DNA of 32,026 bases, from assembly GCA_030156465.1 (NCBI GenBank), contig JASGMO010000001.1, forward strand, positions 1-32,026. Reading direction: 5' to 3'. Position 1 is the first letter of the stretch. Each line of letters opens with the position of its first letter. This DNA is from Patescibacteria group bacterium. Lineage in GTDB: Bacteria; Patescibacteriota; Minisyncoccia; Minisyncoccales; Minisyncoccaceae. A program made the translations under genes and the position numbers. Shown one piece after another: positions 1 through 9,276 of the stretch. The notes under the pieces were generated by a model. It saw only the letters and a list, made by a program, of their open reading frames with translations, ran no database searches and had not been told where the DNA came from.

Positions 1-1
1 C

Positions 2-88
2 GAATTCAACGGAAAAGAAGTTGAAGGAAGAAAACTAATTGTTGACGAAGCTAGACCAATGAAGGAAAACGACTTCAGAGGTGAGTAA
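2..88 (+). CDS. 3' end of an RRM-type RNA-binding protein (partial; 5' end lies outside the window)
   Basis: Frame 2 reads EFNGKEVEGRKLIVDEARPMKENDFRGE then TAA at 86-88. The pattern G+x+xV(D/N)EARP is the typical C-terminal strand of bacterial RRM/RNP-1 proteins. Confidence 0.5.
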   Translation, partial: EFNGKEVEGRKLIVDEARPMKENDFRGE

Positions 89-103
89 TAGTTAACTCAG
101 AAG

Positions 104-129
104 GAGTCCCTACTCGGGGCTCTTTTTTT
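104..129 (+). terminator. Rho-independent terminator after the RRM gene
   Basis: GAGTCCC (104-110) pairs with GGGGCTC (116-122): 7 bp including one G-U, 5 nt loop, followed by T7 (123-129). Confidence 0.6.
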
Positions 130-130
130 G

Positions 131-139
131 TGCTATAAT
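131..139 (+). promoter_or_regulatory. Extended -10 promoter (TGcTATAAT) for the uvrBAC operon
   Basis: Perfect TATAAT at 134-139 preceded by TGc. It ends 8 nt before the uvrB ATG (148). No purine-rich SD lies between. No convincing -35. Confidence 0.4.
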
Positions 140-147
140 AATAAGCT

Positions 148-2151
148 ATGAAGTTCAAACTTGAAACATCTTTAAGGCCCAAGGGAGACCAACCAAGTGC
201 AATTGAAGAATTATCACTAGGTGGTGCTAAGGGCAAGCAAACATTACTAGGGGTCACGGGATCAGGGAAAACTTTTACTATTGCTAATGTTATTAACAAA
301 ATACAAAAACCAACTCTTGTAATATCTCATAATAAAACACTAGCAGCTCAATTGTGTAATGAGTTTAGAGAGTTTTTTCCTCACAATGCAGTAGAGTACT
401 TTGTTAGTTATTATGATTATTATCAGCCAGAGACATATATGGTCAATACTGACACATATATTGAAAAGGAGGCGCAAATCAATCAAGAAATTGATCGTCT
501 CCGTCACGCTTCTACACAATCATTGTTAACTAGAAAAGATGTTATTATTGTTTCTTCAGTTTCTTGTATATATGGATTGGGTTCCCCCGAGGAGTACAAA
601 AATACTCAATTTAAATTAGAACTTAATCAAAAGATTGATAGGAAAGAGGTTGTTAGAAAATTAATTGATATGCAATTTGAAAGAGTAAAAGATGATTTAG
701 AAATGGGGACTTTTAGGTTACGAGGGCAAACATTAGAAATAATGCCAGTGAATAAAAGAATTATATATAGGATAGACATAGGAGACAAGATAAACTTGAT
801 TGAAACAATTGATCCAATCAGAAGAAATGTTATTGAGGAAAATAAAATTATTTATATCTTTCCAGTAAAGCATTATGTTATTAGCGAACAGAGAAGAAAA
901 GATGCTATTGAGGAGATAAGGAGTGATTTAGCAGATAGATTATCTTTTTTTGAAAAAAGTTCAAAGAAGTTAGAATATGAAAGATTAAAAAAGAGGGTTA
1001 ACTATGATCTAGAGATGATTGAGAATATTGGCTATTGTCAAGGGATAGAAAATTATTCAAGACATTTTGATGGTCGAAGAGCTGGAGAGCCACCTTTTAC
1101 ATTAATAGATTATTTTAAAGAAGCAGACAAAGATTTTTTAACTGTGATAGATGAGTCACATGTGACTATCCCTCAGATAGGAAGTATGTATGAAGGAGAC
1201 AAATCAAGAAAGAAAGCTTTGATTGATCATGGATTTAGATTAGAGAGTGCATATGATAACAGGCCATTAAAATATAATGAGTTTGAAAAGATGACAGATA
1301 ATATTATATATGTCTCAGCTACACCAAAGGATTTTGAGATTAATAAAAGTAAAAAGATTGTTGAGCAAATTGTTAGGCCAACTGGGCTAATTGATCCCGA
1401 AGTAATAATCAAGCCAATTAATGGCAAGGTTTCTCAGGTTGATGATTTAATTATAAATATTATTGAGCAAGTTACAAAAAAAGAAAAAACCTTGGTGACG
1501 ACCTTAACAAAAAGAATGGCTGAAGACCTAACGGGATATTTAGAGCAAAGAAAAATTAAAGTAAAATATATTCATAGCGACATTAAAACATTAGAGAGAA
1601 TTGAAATTATTACAGAACTAAGAAAAGGATTAATAGATGTAATTGTAGGAGTTAACTTATTAAGAGAAGGATTAGACATTCCAGAAGTATCCTTAGTGGC
1701 AATTCTTGATGCTGACAAAGAAGGGTTTTTAAGAAATGAGACAAGTTTAATTCAAACAATTGGAAGGGCGGCTAGAAATGTAAATGGTAGAGTAATTCTT
1801 TATGCTGATAAAAATACTAAATCAATTGATAATGCAATTAAAGAGACCAACAGGAGAAGAAAGATTCAATTAAAATATAATAAGGATAATAATATTACAC
1901 CAAAGACAATTGAGAAAAGCATTAAAAATATATTAGAGGATTTTGGAGTTGAGAGTAAGAGAGCAAAGACGTTAGAAATTGAAATGGTGGGCGACGACAT
2001 TAGAGAAACAATAAAAGAGAAGAAAGAGAAAATGAAAGAGGCTGCTGAGAAGCTAGAATTTGAATTAGCATTAATTTTAAGAGAAGAGATATTAATTTTA
2101 GAAAAAAAATATGCAAGAGAAAATAATAATAAAAGGAGCAAGAGAGCATAA
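148..2151 (+). CDS. uvrB: Excinuclease ABC subunit B (UvrB)
   Basis: 667 aa. Walker A GVTGSGKTFT, DExH-type box VIDESHVT, helicase motifs GLDIPEVSLVAILDADKEGFLR and QTIGRAARN, C-terminal UVR coiled coil (AEKLEFELALILREEI). Confidence 0.95.
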   Translation: MKFKLETSLRPKGDQPSAIEELSLGGAKGKQTLLGVTGSGKTFTIANVINKIQKPTLVISHNKTLAAQLCNEFREFFPHNAVEYFVSYYDYYQPETYMVNTDTYIEKEAQINQEIDRLRHASTQSLLTRKDVIIVSSVSCIYGLGSPEEYKNTQFKLELNQKIDRKEVVRKLIDMQFERVKDDLEMGTFRLRGQTLEIMPVNKRIIYRIDIGDKINLIETIDPIRRNVIEENKIIYIFPVKHYVISEQRRKDAIEEIRSDLADRLSFFEKSSKKLEYERLKKRVNYDLEMIENIGYCQGIENYSRHFDGRRAGEPPFTLIDYFKEADKDFLTVIDESHVTIPQIGSMYEGDKSRKKALIDHGFRLESAYDNRPLKYNEFEKMTDNIIYVSATPKDFEINKSKKIVEQIVRPTGLIDPEVIIKPINGKVSQVDDLIINIIEQVTKKEKTLVTTLTKRMAEDLTGYLEQRKIKVKYIHSDIKTLERIEIITELRKGLIDVIVGVNLLREGLDIPEVSLVAILDADKEGFLRNETSLIQTIGRAARNVNGRVILYADKNTKSIDNAIKETNRRRKIQLKYNKDNNITPKTIEKSIKNILEDFGVESKRAKTLEIEMVGDDIRETIKEKKEKMKEAAEKLEFELALILREEILILEKKYARENNNKRSKRA

Positions 2152-4624
2152 TTTGAAAAATATATCTCTTGAAATACCCAGAAACAAAATGATTGTTTTT
2201 ACAGGGTTATCTGGCTCAGGAAAAACGAGCTTAGCTTTTGATACTATTTTTGCAGAAGGACAAAGAAGATATATTGAGTCCCTATCTTCTTATGCAAGAC
2301 AATTTTTAGGCGGTATGAGCAAGCCCGATGTTGATGAAATTGAAGGATTGTCTCCAGCCATATCAATTAGTCAAAAAGCACACAGTAGTAATCCTCGTTC
2401 AACGGTAGCAACAATTACAGAAGTATATGACTACCTAAGAGTTTTATTTGCTAGAATTGGAAAACCATTTTGTCCTAATTGTGGAATTGAAATTGAAAAA
2501 GTGACTGACGATGAGATCTTTAAGAGAACTAAAGCAATGATACCTCAAAAGGGAGAGCTAGTTATTTTATCACCCGTTGTAAGAGGCAGGAAGGGGGAGT
2601 ATTATCAAATGCTTCAAGATCTTTATGAGTCAGGATTTAGTAGCGTTAGAATTGATGGAAAAGAAAAATCACTAAAGCAAAAAATATTATTAAAAAAAGA
2701 AATTAAGCATAATATAGAGATAGTTATTGATAAGATAAGTTATTCTAAAATTGATGATGATTTTGATTTTAGATTAAGCGAAGCGATAGAAACAGCAATA
2801 GATATGTCTGATGGGTTATGTACAATTATTTTTCCTAATAAAGAAGAACAAATATTTAGCACTCAATATTCATGCCCAAAGTGTGGTTTTAGCTTTCCAG
2901 AAATTGAACCTCGTTTATTTAGTTTTAATAGTCCATATGGTTATTGCAGTGCTTGTAATGGTTTAGGAGTTGAGAACATCTTTAGTTTAATTCCTTGTAG
3001 TGTTTGTGATGGTAAGAGATTAAATCAAAATGCATTAAGTATTAAAGTGGGGGATAAAAATATATGGGAGGCAACTGATATGACAATTGATAAGGCATTA
3101 GATTTTTTTAATAACTTAAAGATTAATAAAAAAGAAAAAGAAATTGCTGATGTAATTTTAAAAGAAATTATTAATCGGTTACAATTTTTAATTGATGTTG
3201 GTCTTTCTTACATTAAATTAAATAGAAAATCAGGAACCCTGTCAGGTGGCGAAGCTCAAAGAATACGGCTTGCTTCTCAAGTCGGAACAAAACTAGTTGG
3301 TGCCCTTTATGTTCTAGATGAACCAACGATAGGTCTTCACCAAAGAGATAATGCACTACTTGTTAATACATTGAGAAATTTATGCAATATGGGTAATACT
3401 ATAATTGTTGTTGAGCATGATGAAGATACAATTTTAGCTAGTGATTGGATTGTTGATTTTGGACCAAGAGCAGGTAAAAATGGTGGCCAAATTATGTTTA
3501 ATGGTGAAGTTAAAGATATATTAAAAGGAGAACAAAAATCATTAACTGGTAAATATTTAAGAAGAGAAGAAGTAATTACAATTCCCAATAAAAGAAGAAT
3601 TATTTCAAAAACAACTCCTCAATTAAAAATCATTGGTGCTAGCGAAAATAATTTGAAAAATATAAGCACAAGCATTCCCTTAGGTAAATTAGTTTGCCTT
3701 ACAGGAGTTTCAGGATCAGGTAAATCAACTTTAATGAACGATATTTTGTATAACTATGTTACCGGCAAGCTGAATCACTTTAAAAGAAATATTAAGGTAA
3801 AAGAAATTAAAAACATTGAGTATATTGATAGAATAATTAAGATGGATCAATCAATGATCGGCAAATCGCCTCGTTCTAACCCAGCAACCTATACTAAAAC
3901 ATACGATGAAATTAGAAATCTTTTTGCTATGACTCCAGAGGCAAGAATGAAGGGTTATAAATCGGGTAGATTTAGCTTTAATGTTGCAGGTGGGCGATGT
4001 GAAAATTGCCAAGGCAGAGGCACAATGGAAATTGAAATGCATTTCTTACCCAATGTAGAAGTTATGTGTGATTTTTGTAAGGGCAAAAGATTTAATAAGG
4101 AAACTCTAGCGATTCATTATAAAGGCAAGAACATTGCAGATGTTTTAGAAATGACAATAGAAGAAGCAGAAAAGTTTTTTAAGGATATTCCTTCAATTAA
4201 TGACAAGTTAAAAGTTTTAAATGATGTTGGGCTTGGCTATTTAACTTTAGGTCAAAGTGCTACAACGCTCTCTGGGGGAGAATCACAAAGAATAAAATTA
4301 AGTCGTGAATTGAGCAAAAGAAGCACAGGCAAAACACTATATTTATTAGATGAGCCAACAACGGGACTACACTATGATGATATTAAGAAGTTGATTTTAG
4401 TTTTACAAAAACTTGTTGATATGGGCAACACTGTGATGGTGATTGAACACAACCTTGATTTTATCAAGTGTGCTGACTGGGTGATTGACTTAGGTGAGGA
4501 TGGTGGAGACAAGGGCGGGAAAATAGTCGGAGAAGGAACGCCTGAAGAGATTGGAAGATTATCTACTTGGACAGGATATTATTTAAGAAGAATTTTAAAT
4601 GAAAAATTGGAGAGAAAAAATTGA
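2111..4624 (+). CDS. uvrA: Excinuclease ABC subunit A (UvrA), short form lacking the insertion domain
   Basis: 837 aa. N-terminus IIIKGAREHNLKNISL; two ABC modules (GLSGSGKTS, GVSGSGKST); signatures LSGGEAQRIRLA and LSGGESQRIKLS; zinc-module cysteines CPNC, CPKC..CSAC, CENCQGRG..CDFCKG. Overlaps uvrB by 41 nt. Confidence 0.95.
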   Translation: MQEKIIIKGAREHNLKNISLEIPRNKMIVFTGLSGSGKTSLAFDTIFAEGQRRYIESLSSYARQFLGGMSKPDVDEIEGLSPAISISQKAHSSNPRSTVATITEVYDYLRVLFARIGKPFCPNCGIEIEKVTDDEIFKRTKAMIPQKGELVILSPVVRGRKGEYYQMLQDLYESGFSSVRIDGKEKSLKQKILLKKEIKHNIEIVIDKISYSKIDDDFDFRLSEAIETAIDMSDGLCTIIFPNKEEQIFSTQYSCPKCGFSFPEIEPRLFSFNSPYGYCSACNGLGVENIFSLIPCSVCDGKRLNQNALSIKVGDKNIWEATDMTIDKALDFFNNLKINKKEKEIADVILKEIINRLQFLIDVGLSYIKLNRKSGTLSGGEAQRIRLASQVGTKLVGALYVLDEPTIGLHQRDNALLVNTLRNLCNMGNTIIVVEHDEDTILASDWIVDFGPRAGKNGGQIMFNGEVKDILKGEQKSLTGKYLRREEVITIPNKRRIISKTTPQLKIIGASENNLKNISTSIPLGKLVCLTGVSGSGKSTLMNDILYNYVTGKLNHFKRNIKVKEIKNIEYIDRIIKMDQSMIGKSPRSNPATYTKTYDEIRNLFAMTPEARMKGYKSGRFSFNVAGGRCENCQGRGTMEIEMHFLPNVEVMCDFCKGKRFNKETLAIHYKGKNIADVLEMTIEEAEKFFKDIPSINDKLKVLNDVGLGYLTLGQSATTLSGGESQRIKLSRELSKRSTGKTLYLLDEPTTGLHYDDIKKLILVLQKLVDMGNTVMVIEHNLDFIKCADWVIDLGEDGGDKGGKIVGEGTPEEIGRLSTWTGYYLRRILNEKLERKN

Positions 4625-5777
4625 TCAAATACCAAAAACGTCGGGAATATATCTTTTCTATCAAAAAGGCAATCTTGTCTATGTTGGAAAAGCAACATCG
4701 CTGAGGGATAGAATTAGGAGCTATTTAAATCCAAAAACAACCAGACCAATAGAAACATTAATTAATAGTATTGATGAAGTTAAGTGGAAGGAGGTTAACT
4801 CGGCTCTAGAGGCAATTATTTTAGAGGCAAATTATATTAAAGAGTTTAAACCAAAATATAATGTTAAAGAAAAAGATGATAAAAGTTGGAATTATTTAGT
4901 AATTACAAAAGATGATTTTCCTAAACTATTAGCAGTTAGAGAAAGAAACTTAAAAGCTAAAGATTATAAGTATATTTTTGGTCCTTATGCCGAGGGGAAA
5001 ATTTCAGAAGTTTTAAGAATTTTACATTCTCTATTTTTAATATCAAGATGTAGTCCTAATCAAAAAAAACCTTGTTTTGATTATAATTTAAAAAAATGCT
5101 TGGGAGTTTGCACTAATGAAATAACAAGTGAAGATTATAATAAAAAAGCAATCAAGCCATTAGTTCTCTTCCTAAAAGGGAAAAAGAAAAGTTTAATTAA
5201 TTCTCTTAAAAAAGAAATGAATAATTACTCTAGAAATAATCAATTTGAAGAAGCGATAAGGATAAGAAATCAAATAAAGTCCCTTCAAAAAATAGTAGAC
5301 TTTTCGTTATTAGATAAAAGCTTTATTGAAGATAATAAGAGAAAATCAATTGAAAGAATAGAAGGTTATGATATTTCTAATTTAGGTGATGAAGTAATGG
5401 TTGGAAGTATGGTTGTTTTTGAGAATGGCAAAGCAGTTAAAAAAGAATATAAAAAGTTTAAAATTAAAAATGTTAAAAATCAAAGCGATACTGATTGTAT
5501 AAAAGAAATTATTGAAAGAAGATTTAATCATAAAGAGTGGAAAAGACCTGACTTAATATTAATTGACGGGGGCAAGCCACAAGTATCCGCTGTTAAAAAG
5601 ATTGTTGAAGATATCCCCATAATAGGGATTGCTAAGGGTAAAGACAGGAAGAAAGATGAGTTGATTGGTGAAGATATAAATTATGATAAAGAATTATTGC
5701 TTAAGGTGAGAGACGAAGCACATAGATTTGCAATTAATTATCAAAGACAAATTAAGAGAAAAAAGCTGGTCACTTAA
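4599..5777 (+). CDS. uvrC: Excinuclease ABC subunit C (UvrC), minimal 392 aa form
   Basis: GIY-YIG N-terminus (SGIYLFY..LVYVGKATSLRDRIRSY..EANYIKEFKPKYN), UVR motif (QFEEAIRIRNQIKSLQ), RNase H-like 5'-incision block (IEGYDISN, LILIDGGKPQ, VRDEAHRFAINY). The ORF stops right after that block. Overlaps uvrA by 26 nt. Confidence 0.85.
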   Translation: MKNWREKIDQIPKTSGIYLFYQKGNLVYVGKATSLRDRIRSYLNPKTTRPIETLINSIDEVKWKEVNSALEAIILEANYIKEFKPKYNVKEKDDKSWNYLVITKDDFPKLLAVRERNLKAKDYKYIFGPYAEGKISEVLRILHSLFLISRCSPNQKKPCFDYNLKKCLGVCTNEITSEDYNKKAIKPLVLFLKGKKKSLINSLKKEMNNYSRNNQFEEAIRIRNQIKSLQKIVDFSLLDKSFIEDNKRKSIERIEGYDISNLGDEVMVGSMVVFENGKAVKKEYKKFKIKNVKNQSDTDCIKEIIERRFNHKEWKRPDLILIDGGKPQVSAVKKIVEDIPIIGIAKGKDRKKDELIGEDINYDKELLLKVRDEAHRFAINYQRQIKRKKLVT

Positions 5778-5852
5778 CTTTTTAAATGTTAATATTAATT
5801 AATATAAAATTATAATTTTGAGAAAATTTTTAATAATTTAAAAAAACAAAAA

Positions 5853-6353
5853 ATGGAAAATAAAAGCATTCTATTAATAATTGTCGCTATATTAGTTATT
5901 GCGTCAGTGGGACTATTTATTTTTTTGAACTTAAGCTCTACAGAAACTGGGGAGAATAAAGAAATTATAGGCCAGCAAGACCTTGATAATACACAAGAAA
6001 CAGAAATGGTTGATGGACAGCTTTTTGAAGTGGGGGAAACATATTTTGTAATAGAAAAATCAATGCCAGAAGAAAATCAAAGAATACTTGATCCTGAAGT
6101 AGAATTAAAATATATCCAAGAGCGCATCAAAGTAAATACTAATCCATCAACTCAAATATTTAATTTAAGTGATATTAAATATATTACGGTTCCATCAAAT
6201 ATCACAGGGACAATAGAAACATTAAAATATCTTTATAGCTACTCAGATGAATATGTTATTAATGTACGTATTGCCACTAAAACACCCATTATTAATAACG
6301 AGACAGAAACTGACTATGTTGGATGGACTTTTTGGCCTAAAGGAGGTTTTTAA
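5853..6353 (+). CDS. Hypothetical membrane-anchored or secreted protein
   Basis: 166 aa ORF with one N-terminal hydrophobic helix (ILLIIVAILVIASVGLFIFL). No recognisable catalytic motif. Confidence 0.45.
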   Translation: MENKSILLIIVAILVIASVGLFIFLNLSSTETGENKEIIGQQDLDNTQETEMVDGQLFEVGETYFVIEKSMPEENQRILDPEVELKYIQERIKVNTNPSTQIFNLSDIKYITVPSNITGTIETLKYLYSYSDEYVINVRIATKTPIINNETETDYVGWTFWPKGGF

Positions 6354-6454
6354 TAAAATAAGAGAACGCGAAAATCAAATTTTCAAAAGAATCAAAACAA
6401 GTTGATGTTTCAATTAGAATATTTAAGGTATCATCCATTATCATGAATTAAAAG

Positions 6455-6484
6455 TTGACCTCTTGATATTTTTAGTGTTAATAT
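6455..6484 (+). promoter_or_regulatory. Sigma70-like promoter TTGACC-18-(TGt)TAATAT, predicted leaderless start for the 6491 gene
   Basis: -35 TTGACC at 6455-6460; extended -10 TGtTAATAT at 6476-6484. The +7 position falls on the A of the ATG at 6491. No SD. Confidence 0.4.
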
Positions 6485-6490
6485 TATTAT

Positions 6491-6817
6491 ATGGAAACAA
6501 TAAATTACGAAGATTTTATTAAAACAGATTTGAGAATTGGTAAGATTATTGAAGCAGAGAAAGTTGAGGGCTCAACTAAAATTATTAAAACAATAGTTGA
6601 TTTAGGTGAAGAAAAAAGACAGATATTAGCAGGAATAGGAGAGTTTTATTCTCCAGAAGAATTGATCAATAAATTTGTTGCAGTGGTAGCGAATCTTTCT
6701 CCTAAAAAAATAATGGGAATGGACAGCGAGGGCATGATTTTAGCAGTAAAAGATGATAAAGATTTGTCTTTGCTAACAATAAATAAAGAAATTAAAATTG
6801 GTTCAAAAATTAGTTAA
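6491..6817 (+). CDS. tRNA-binding domain protein (CsaA/Trbp111/EMAP-like OB fold, MetRS C-terminal-domain-like)
   Basis: 108 aa. DLRIGKIIEAEKVEGSTKIIKTIVDLGEE.RQILAGI and VANLSPKKIMGMDSEGMILA match the tRNA-binding domain pattern. Confidence 0.8.
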   Translation: METINYEDFIKTDLRIGKIIEAEKVEGSTKIIKTIVDLGEEKRQILAGIGEFYSPEELINKFVAVVANLSPKKIMGMDSEGMILAVKDDKDLSLLTINKEIKIGSKIS

Positions 6818-6838
6818 TAATAATTAAATAATAAAAAA

Positions 6839-7642
6839 ATGGAATCACAATACTTTGAAAAAGAAACAAAAATGGATAATCCATTAAATAAAGCATTAAC
6901 AATAGCGCTAATTATTCTTATTTTCATCGGAATAATATATTTATTTTTTGGTATCCAAAATTTATCAAAAGAAACTAGATATATTGGGGTAGAACCAACG
7001 AATAATACGATTGAGGTGTCTGGAAGTGGCGTTGTCTACACTGTTCCTGATACTGCTGTTGCATCTTTTTCTGCAATTACAGAGGAGCAGACAATTAATC
7101 TTGCTTTAACTAAAAACAAAGAAAAGATCAACAGAGTAATTGATTTTCTTAAAAGGCAAGGAGTTAATGAGGAAGACATTAAGAATCTTGATTTTAATGT
7201 TTATCCTAAATATCAATGGCAGACAACGGGAGTTGATTTATCCGTTTATCCTAATGGGAGACGCGTGATTGTTGGCTATGAAGCAGTAGAGTCGCTAGAA
7301 GTTATTATTAGAAATAGTGACAATATTGGAAGAGTAATACAGGGATCAATTGATGCAGGAGCGAGTCAAGTAAGTAATTTAAAATTTATTATCAATGACG
7401 AAGAAGTAATTAAAGAGGAAGCAAGAAAGTTAGCAATAGAAGATGCTGAAAAGAAGGCTAAAGAAATTGCGACATTATTAGGAGTAAGGATTGGTAGTGC
7501 TTCTGGGTTTACCGAAGAATACGATGTCCCTAAGTTTTTATTGTCTGATGGTTCAACAACTGGATCAGGAGCAGATATGGAAATTGTTGTAAGAGAAAAT
7601 AAAATTGAAGCAAGGGTTAATATTTTATATGATATTAAGTAA
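6839..7642 (+). CDS. SIMPL/DUF541 (BP26/YggE-like) protein with N-terminal membrane anchor
   Basis: 267 aa. TM helix [19 protein letters not shown], then [50 protein letters not shown] and [19 protein letters not shown], typical of DUF541. The start could instead be the ATG at 6872. Confidence 0.7.
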   Translation: MESQYFEKETKMDNPLNKALTIALIILIFIGIIYLFFGIQNLSKETRYIGVEPTNNTIEVSGSGVVYTVPDTAVASFSAITEEQTINLALTKNKEKINRVIDFLKRQGVNEEDIKNLDFNVYPKYQWQTTGVDLSVYPNGRRVIVGYEAVESLEVIIRNSDNIGRVIQGSIDAGASQVSNLKFIINDEEVIKEEARKLAIEDAEKKAKEIATLLGVRIGSASGFTEEYDVPKFLLSDGSTTGSGADMEIVVRENKIEARVNILYDIK

Positions 7643-7643
7643 T

Positions 7644-8084
7644 ATGAATAAAATTATATTATCAATAATTATAGGAATTGTAGTCTTTGGTGGCGCATAT
7701 GTTTATGATAATAATTTTTCTGGAGGAAACTTAATAGAATCAGTAAATAATAATCAAAATAATATGTTGAAAATAGATACAATAGTTGAGGGAAGTGGCG
7801 TAGAATCAAAAGTAGGTGACAACTTAACAGTTCACTATACAGGAATGTTGGAAGATGGAACCAAGTTTGATTCAAGTGTTGACAGGGGAACTCCGTTTAG
7901 TTTTACCCTAGGAATAGGTCAAGTTATTGAGGGTTGGGAAAAAGGAATGGAAGGAATGAAGGTTGGAGAGAAAAGAAAGCTTACAATTCAGCCAGAATAT
8001 GGTTATGGAGTAAGAGGTGTTCCCGGAGTAATTCCAGGCAATGCAGTTTTAATCTTTGAAGTAGAGCTTTTAGCGATTAACTAA
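7644..8084 (+). CDS. FKBP-type peptidyl-prolyl cis-trans isomerase, membrane anchored
   Basis: [60 protein letters not shown]...LIFEVELL is a canonical FKBP domain. The ATG at 7644 follows the upstream stop by 1 nt; the ORF-track start at 7605 is a TTG inside the upstream gene. Confidence 0.85.
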   Translation: MNKIILSIIIGIVVFGGAYVYDNNFSGGNLIESVNNNQNNMLKIDTIVEGSGVESKVGDNLTVHYTGMLEDGTKFDSSVDRGTPFSFTLGIGQVIEGWEKGMEGMKVGEKRKLTIQPEYGYGVRGVPGVIPGNAVLIFEVELLAIN

Positions 8085-8085
8085 A

Positions 8086-8634
8086 ATGGAAAAGATTAAA
8101 GAAGATGTCTTGGCTTGCAAGAAATGTTCTTTATACAAAGAAAGAAATATTCCAGTCATTGGTCAAGGGAATCATAATGCTAAAATAATTTTTATAGGAG
8201 AAGCTCCTGGGGCAAAAGAAGATGCTTCGGGAGTTCCTTTTTGCGGAAGGTCCGGAGAGTTCTTAAATGAATTGCTAGATCATATTGGACTAAAAAGAGA
8301 AGATGTCTATATTACTAATATAGTTAAATGTAGGCCACCTAAAAATAGAGATCCAAAAGATAGTGAAATTGAATGTTGCAAGAATTACATTGAAAGGCAA
8401 ATTGAAAGTATTAATCCTAAGGTTATTTGTTCCCTAGGCAGGTATTCAATGAACTTTATAATGAATAATCTTGGAATAGAGAATAAAGACACAATAAGCA
8501 ATCTTCATGGGAAGGTCTTTGAAGGAAAATATATTTTTATTCCACTTTATCATCCTGCAGTGGCGATATATAATTCTAGCAAAAAAGAAGAGCTTAAAAA
8601 AGATTTTGAGATTATTAAAAAATATGTTGATTAA
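8086..8634 (+). CDS. Uracil-DNA glycosylase, family 4 (Fe-S type)
   Basis: CKKCSLY, GEAPGAKEDASGVPFCGRSG, ITNIVKCRPPKNRDP and HPAVAIY motifs. Confidence 0.85.
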   Translation: MEKIKEDVLACKKCSLYKERNIPVIGQGNHNAKIIFIGEAPGAKEDASGVPFCGRSGEFLNELLDHIGLKREDVYITNIVKCRPPKNRDPKDSEIECCKNYIERQIESINPKVICSLGRYSMNFIMNNLGIENKDTISNLHGKVFEGKYIFIPLYHPAVAIYNSSKKEELKKDFEIIKKYVD

Positions 8635-8848
8635 GGTGAAAGCGATTGTTCTGTCAAAAGAAGATAAAGTCATTAAGAAGAGTGAGGATAGTTTTGAAGT
8701 TTTTGTTAAGGCAGAGGCACAAAGAAATATGGCCAACAAAAGAATTATAGAATTATTAGCTGAATATTTTAATTTGCCTCAGTATAAGGTTAAGATAATA
8801 AAAGGTTTTAAGGAAAGTAATAAGATTTTTGATATAAAATATGAATGA
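8624..8848 (+). CDS. DUF167 (YggU-like) small protein
   Basis: 74 aa from the ATG at 8624: IKVKAIVLSKEDKV..FEVFVKAEAQRNMANKRIIELLAEYFNLPQYKVKIIKGFKESNKIFDI resembles the YggU pattern (KV.V.P.A.....G.AN..L...LA......V.I..G..S..K). The upstream part of the ORF-track call (8507) lies inside the UDG gene. Confidence 0.55.
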   Translation: MLIKVKAIVLSKEDKVIKKSEDSFEVFVKAEAQRNMANKRIIELLAEYFNLPQYKVKIIKGFKESNKIFDIKYE

Positions 8849-9275
8849 TTATTTAATAATTAATAATGTATTGTTTTCTGCAATATTAGCATGGTTTATT
8901 GCTCAAACAATAAAGGTTTTTATTTTGGCCTATAAGCAAAAAAAGTTCAGGTGGGGGCTATATTCATCACCAGGCAACTTTCCGTCATCACATAGTGCTG
9001 TTGTTTCTGCATTGGTCGTTGGAGTTGGTATAGTAGAAGGAACTGATTCAGCTGTTTTTGCCGTTACTACAGTGTTAGCTTTTTTTATAATTTATGATGC
9101 TAAAGTCATTAGAGGTGCGGCAGGAAAACAAGCTCATTCATTAAACAAGATAATAGAGAAAATAGGAGAGGGCGATGAAGACATTGACAAACTAAAGGAA
9201 ATATTAGGACATTCATTGTTAGAAATATTAAGTGGAATTATTATTGGAATAATTTGTTCTTTATTAATTCTTTAA
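8841..9275 (+). CDS. Divergent PAP2 / DUF212 (acid phosphatase/vanadium-haloperoxidase-related) membrane protein
   Basis: 144 aa, multi-pass hydrophobic. Motifs FPSSHSAVVSAL and YDAKVIRGAAGKQA are typical of PF02681-type proteins. Confidence 0.65.
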   Translation: MNDYLIINNVLFSAILAWFIAQTIKVFILAYKQKKFRWGLYSSPGNFPSSHSAVVSALVVGVGIVEGTDSAVFAVTTVLAFFIIYDAKVIRGAAGKQAHSLNKIIEKIGEGDEDIDKLKEILGHSLLEILSGIIIGIICSLLIL

Positions 9276-9276
9276 A

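Noticed and set aside
2111-4624. The short UvrA as a class II UvrA (UvrA2/DrrC-like) lacking the UvrB-binding domain
   Set aside because: The segment after the first zinc motif (CPNCGIEIEKVTDDE...VRIDGKEKSL...) aligns with the UvrB-binding domain. The missing 105 aa correspond instead to the insertion domain. The gene is also embedded between uvrB and uvrC.
6354-6454. Possible small RNA or riboswitch in the 137 nt spacer upstream of the tRNA-binding protein gene
   Set aside because: Only a weak A/U hairpin (GAAAAT-CAA-ATTTTC) is present. There are no long-range helices or conserved-looking motifs. The predicted promoter sits at the 3' end of the spacer, so most of it is probably untranscribed.
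8507-8623. Long version of the DUF167 ORF starting at 8507. Also the upstream-extended TTG starts at 7605, 10591, 18848 and 22717, and at 25304 on the minus strand
   Set aside because: The extensions lie inside the preceding well-supported genes and translate to non-conserved sequence. Downstream ATGs (8624, 7644, 10615, 18884, 22726, 25286) coincide with the start of the conserved domain and with the compact stop/start pattern of this genome.
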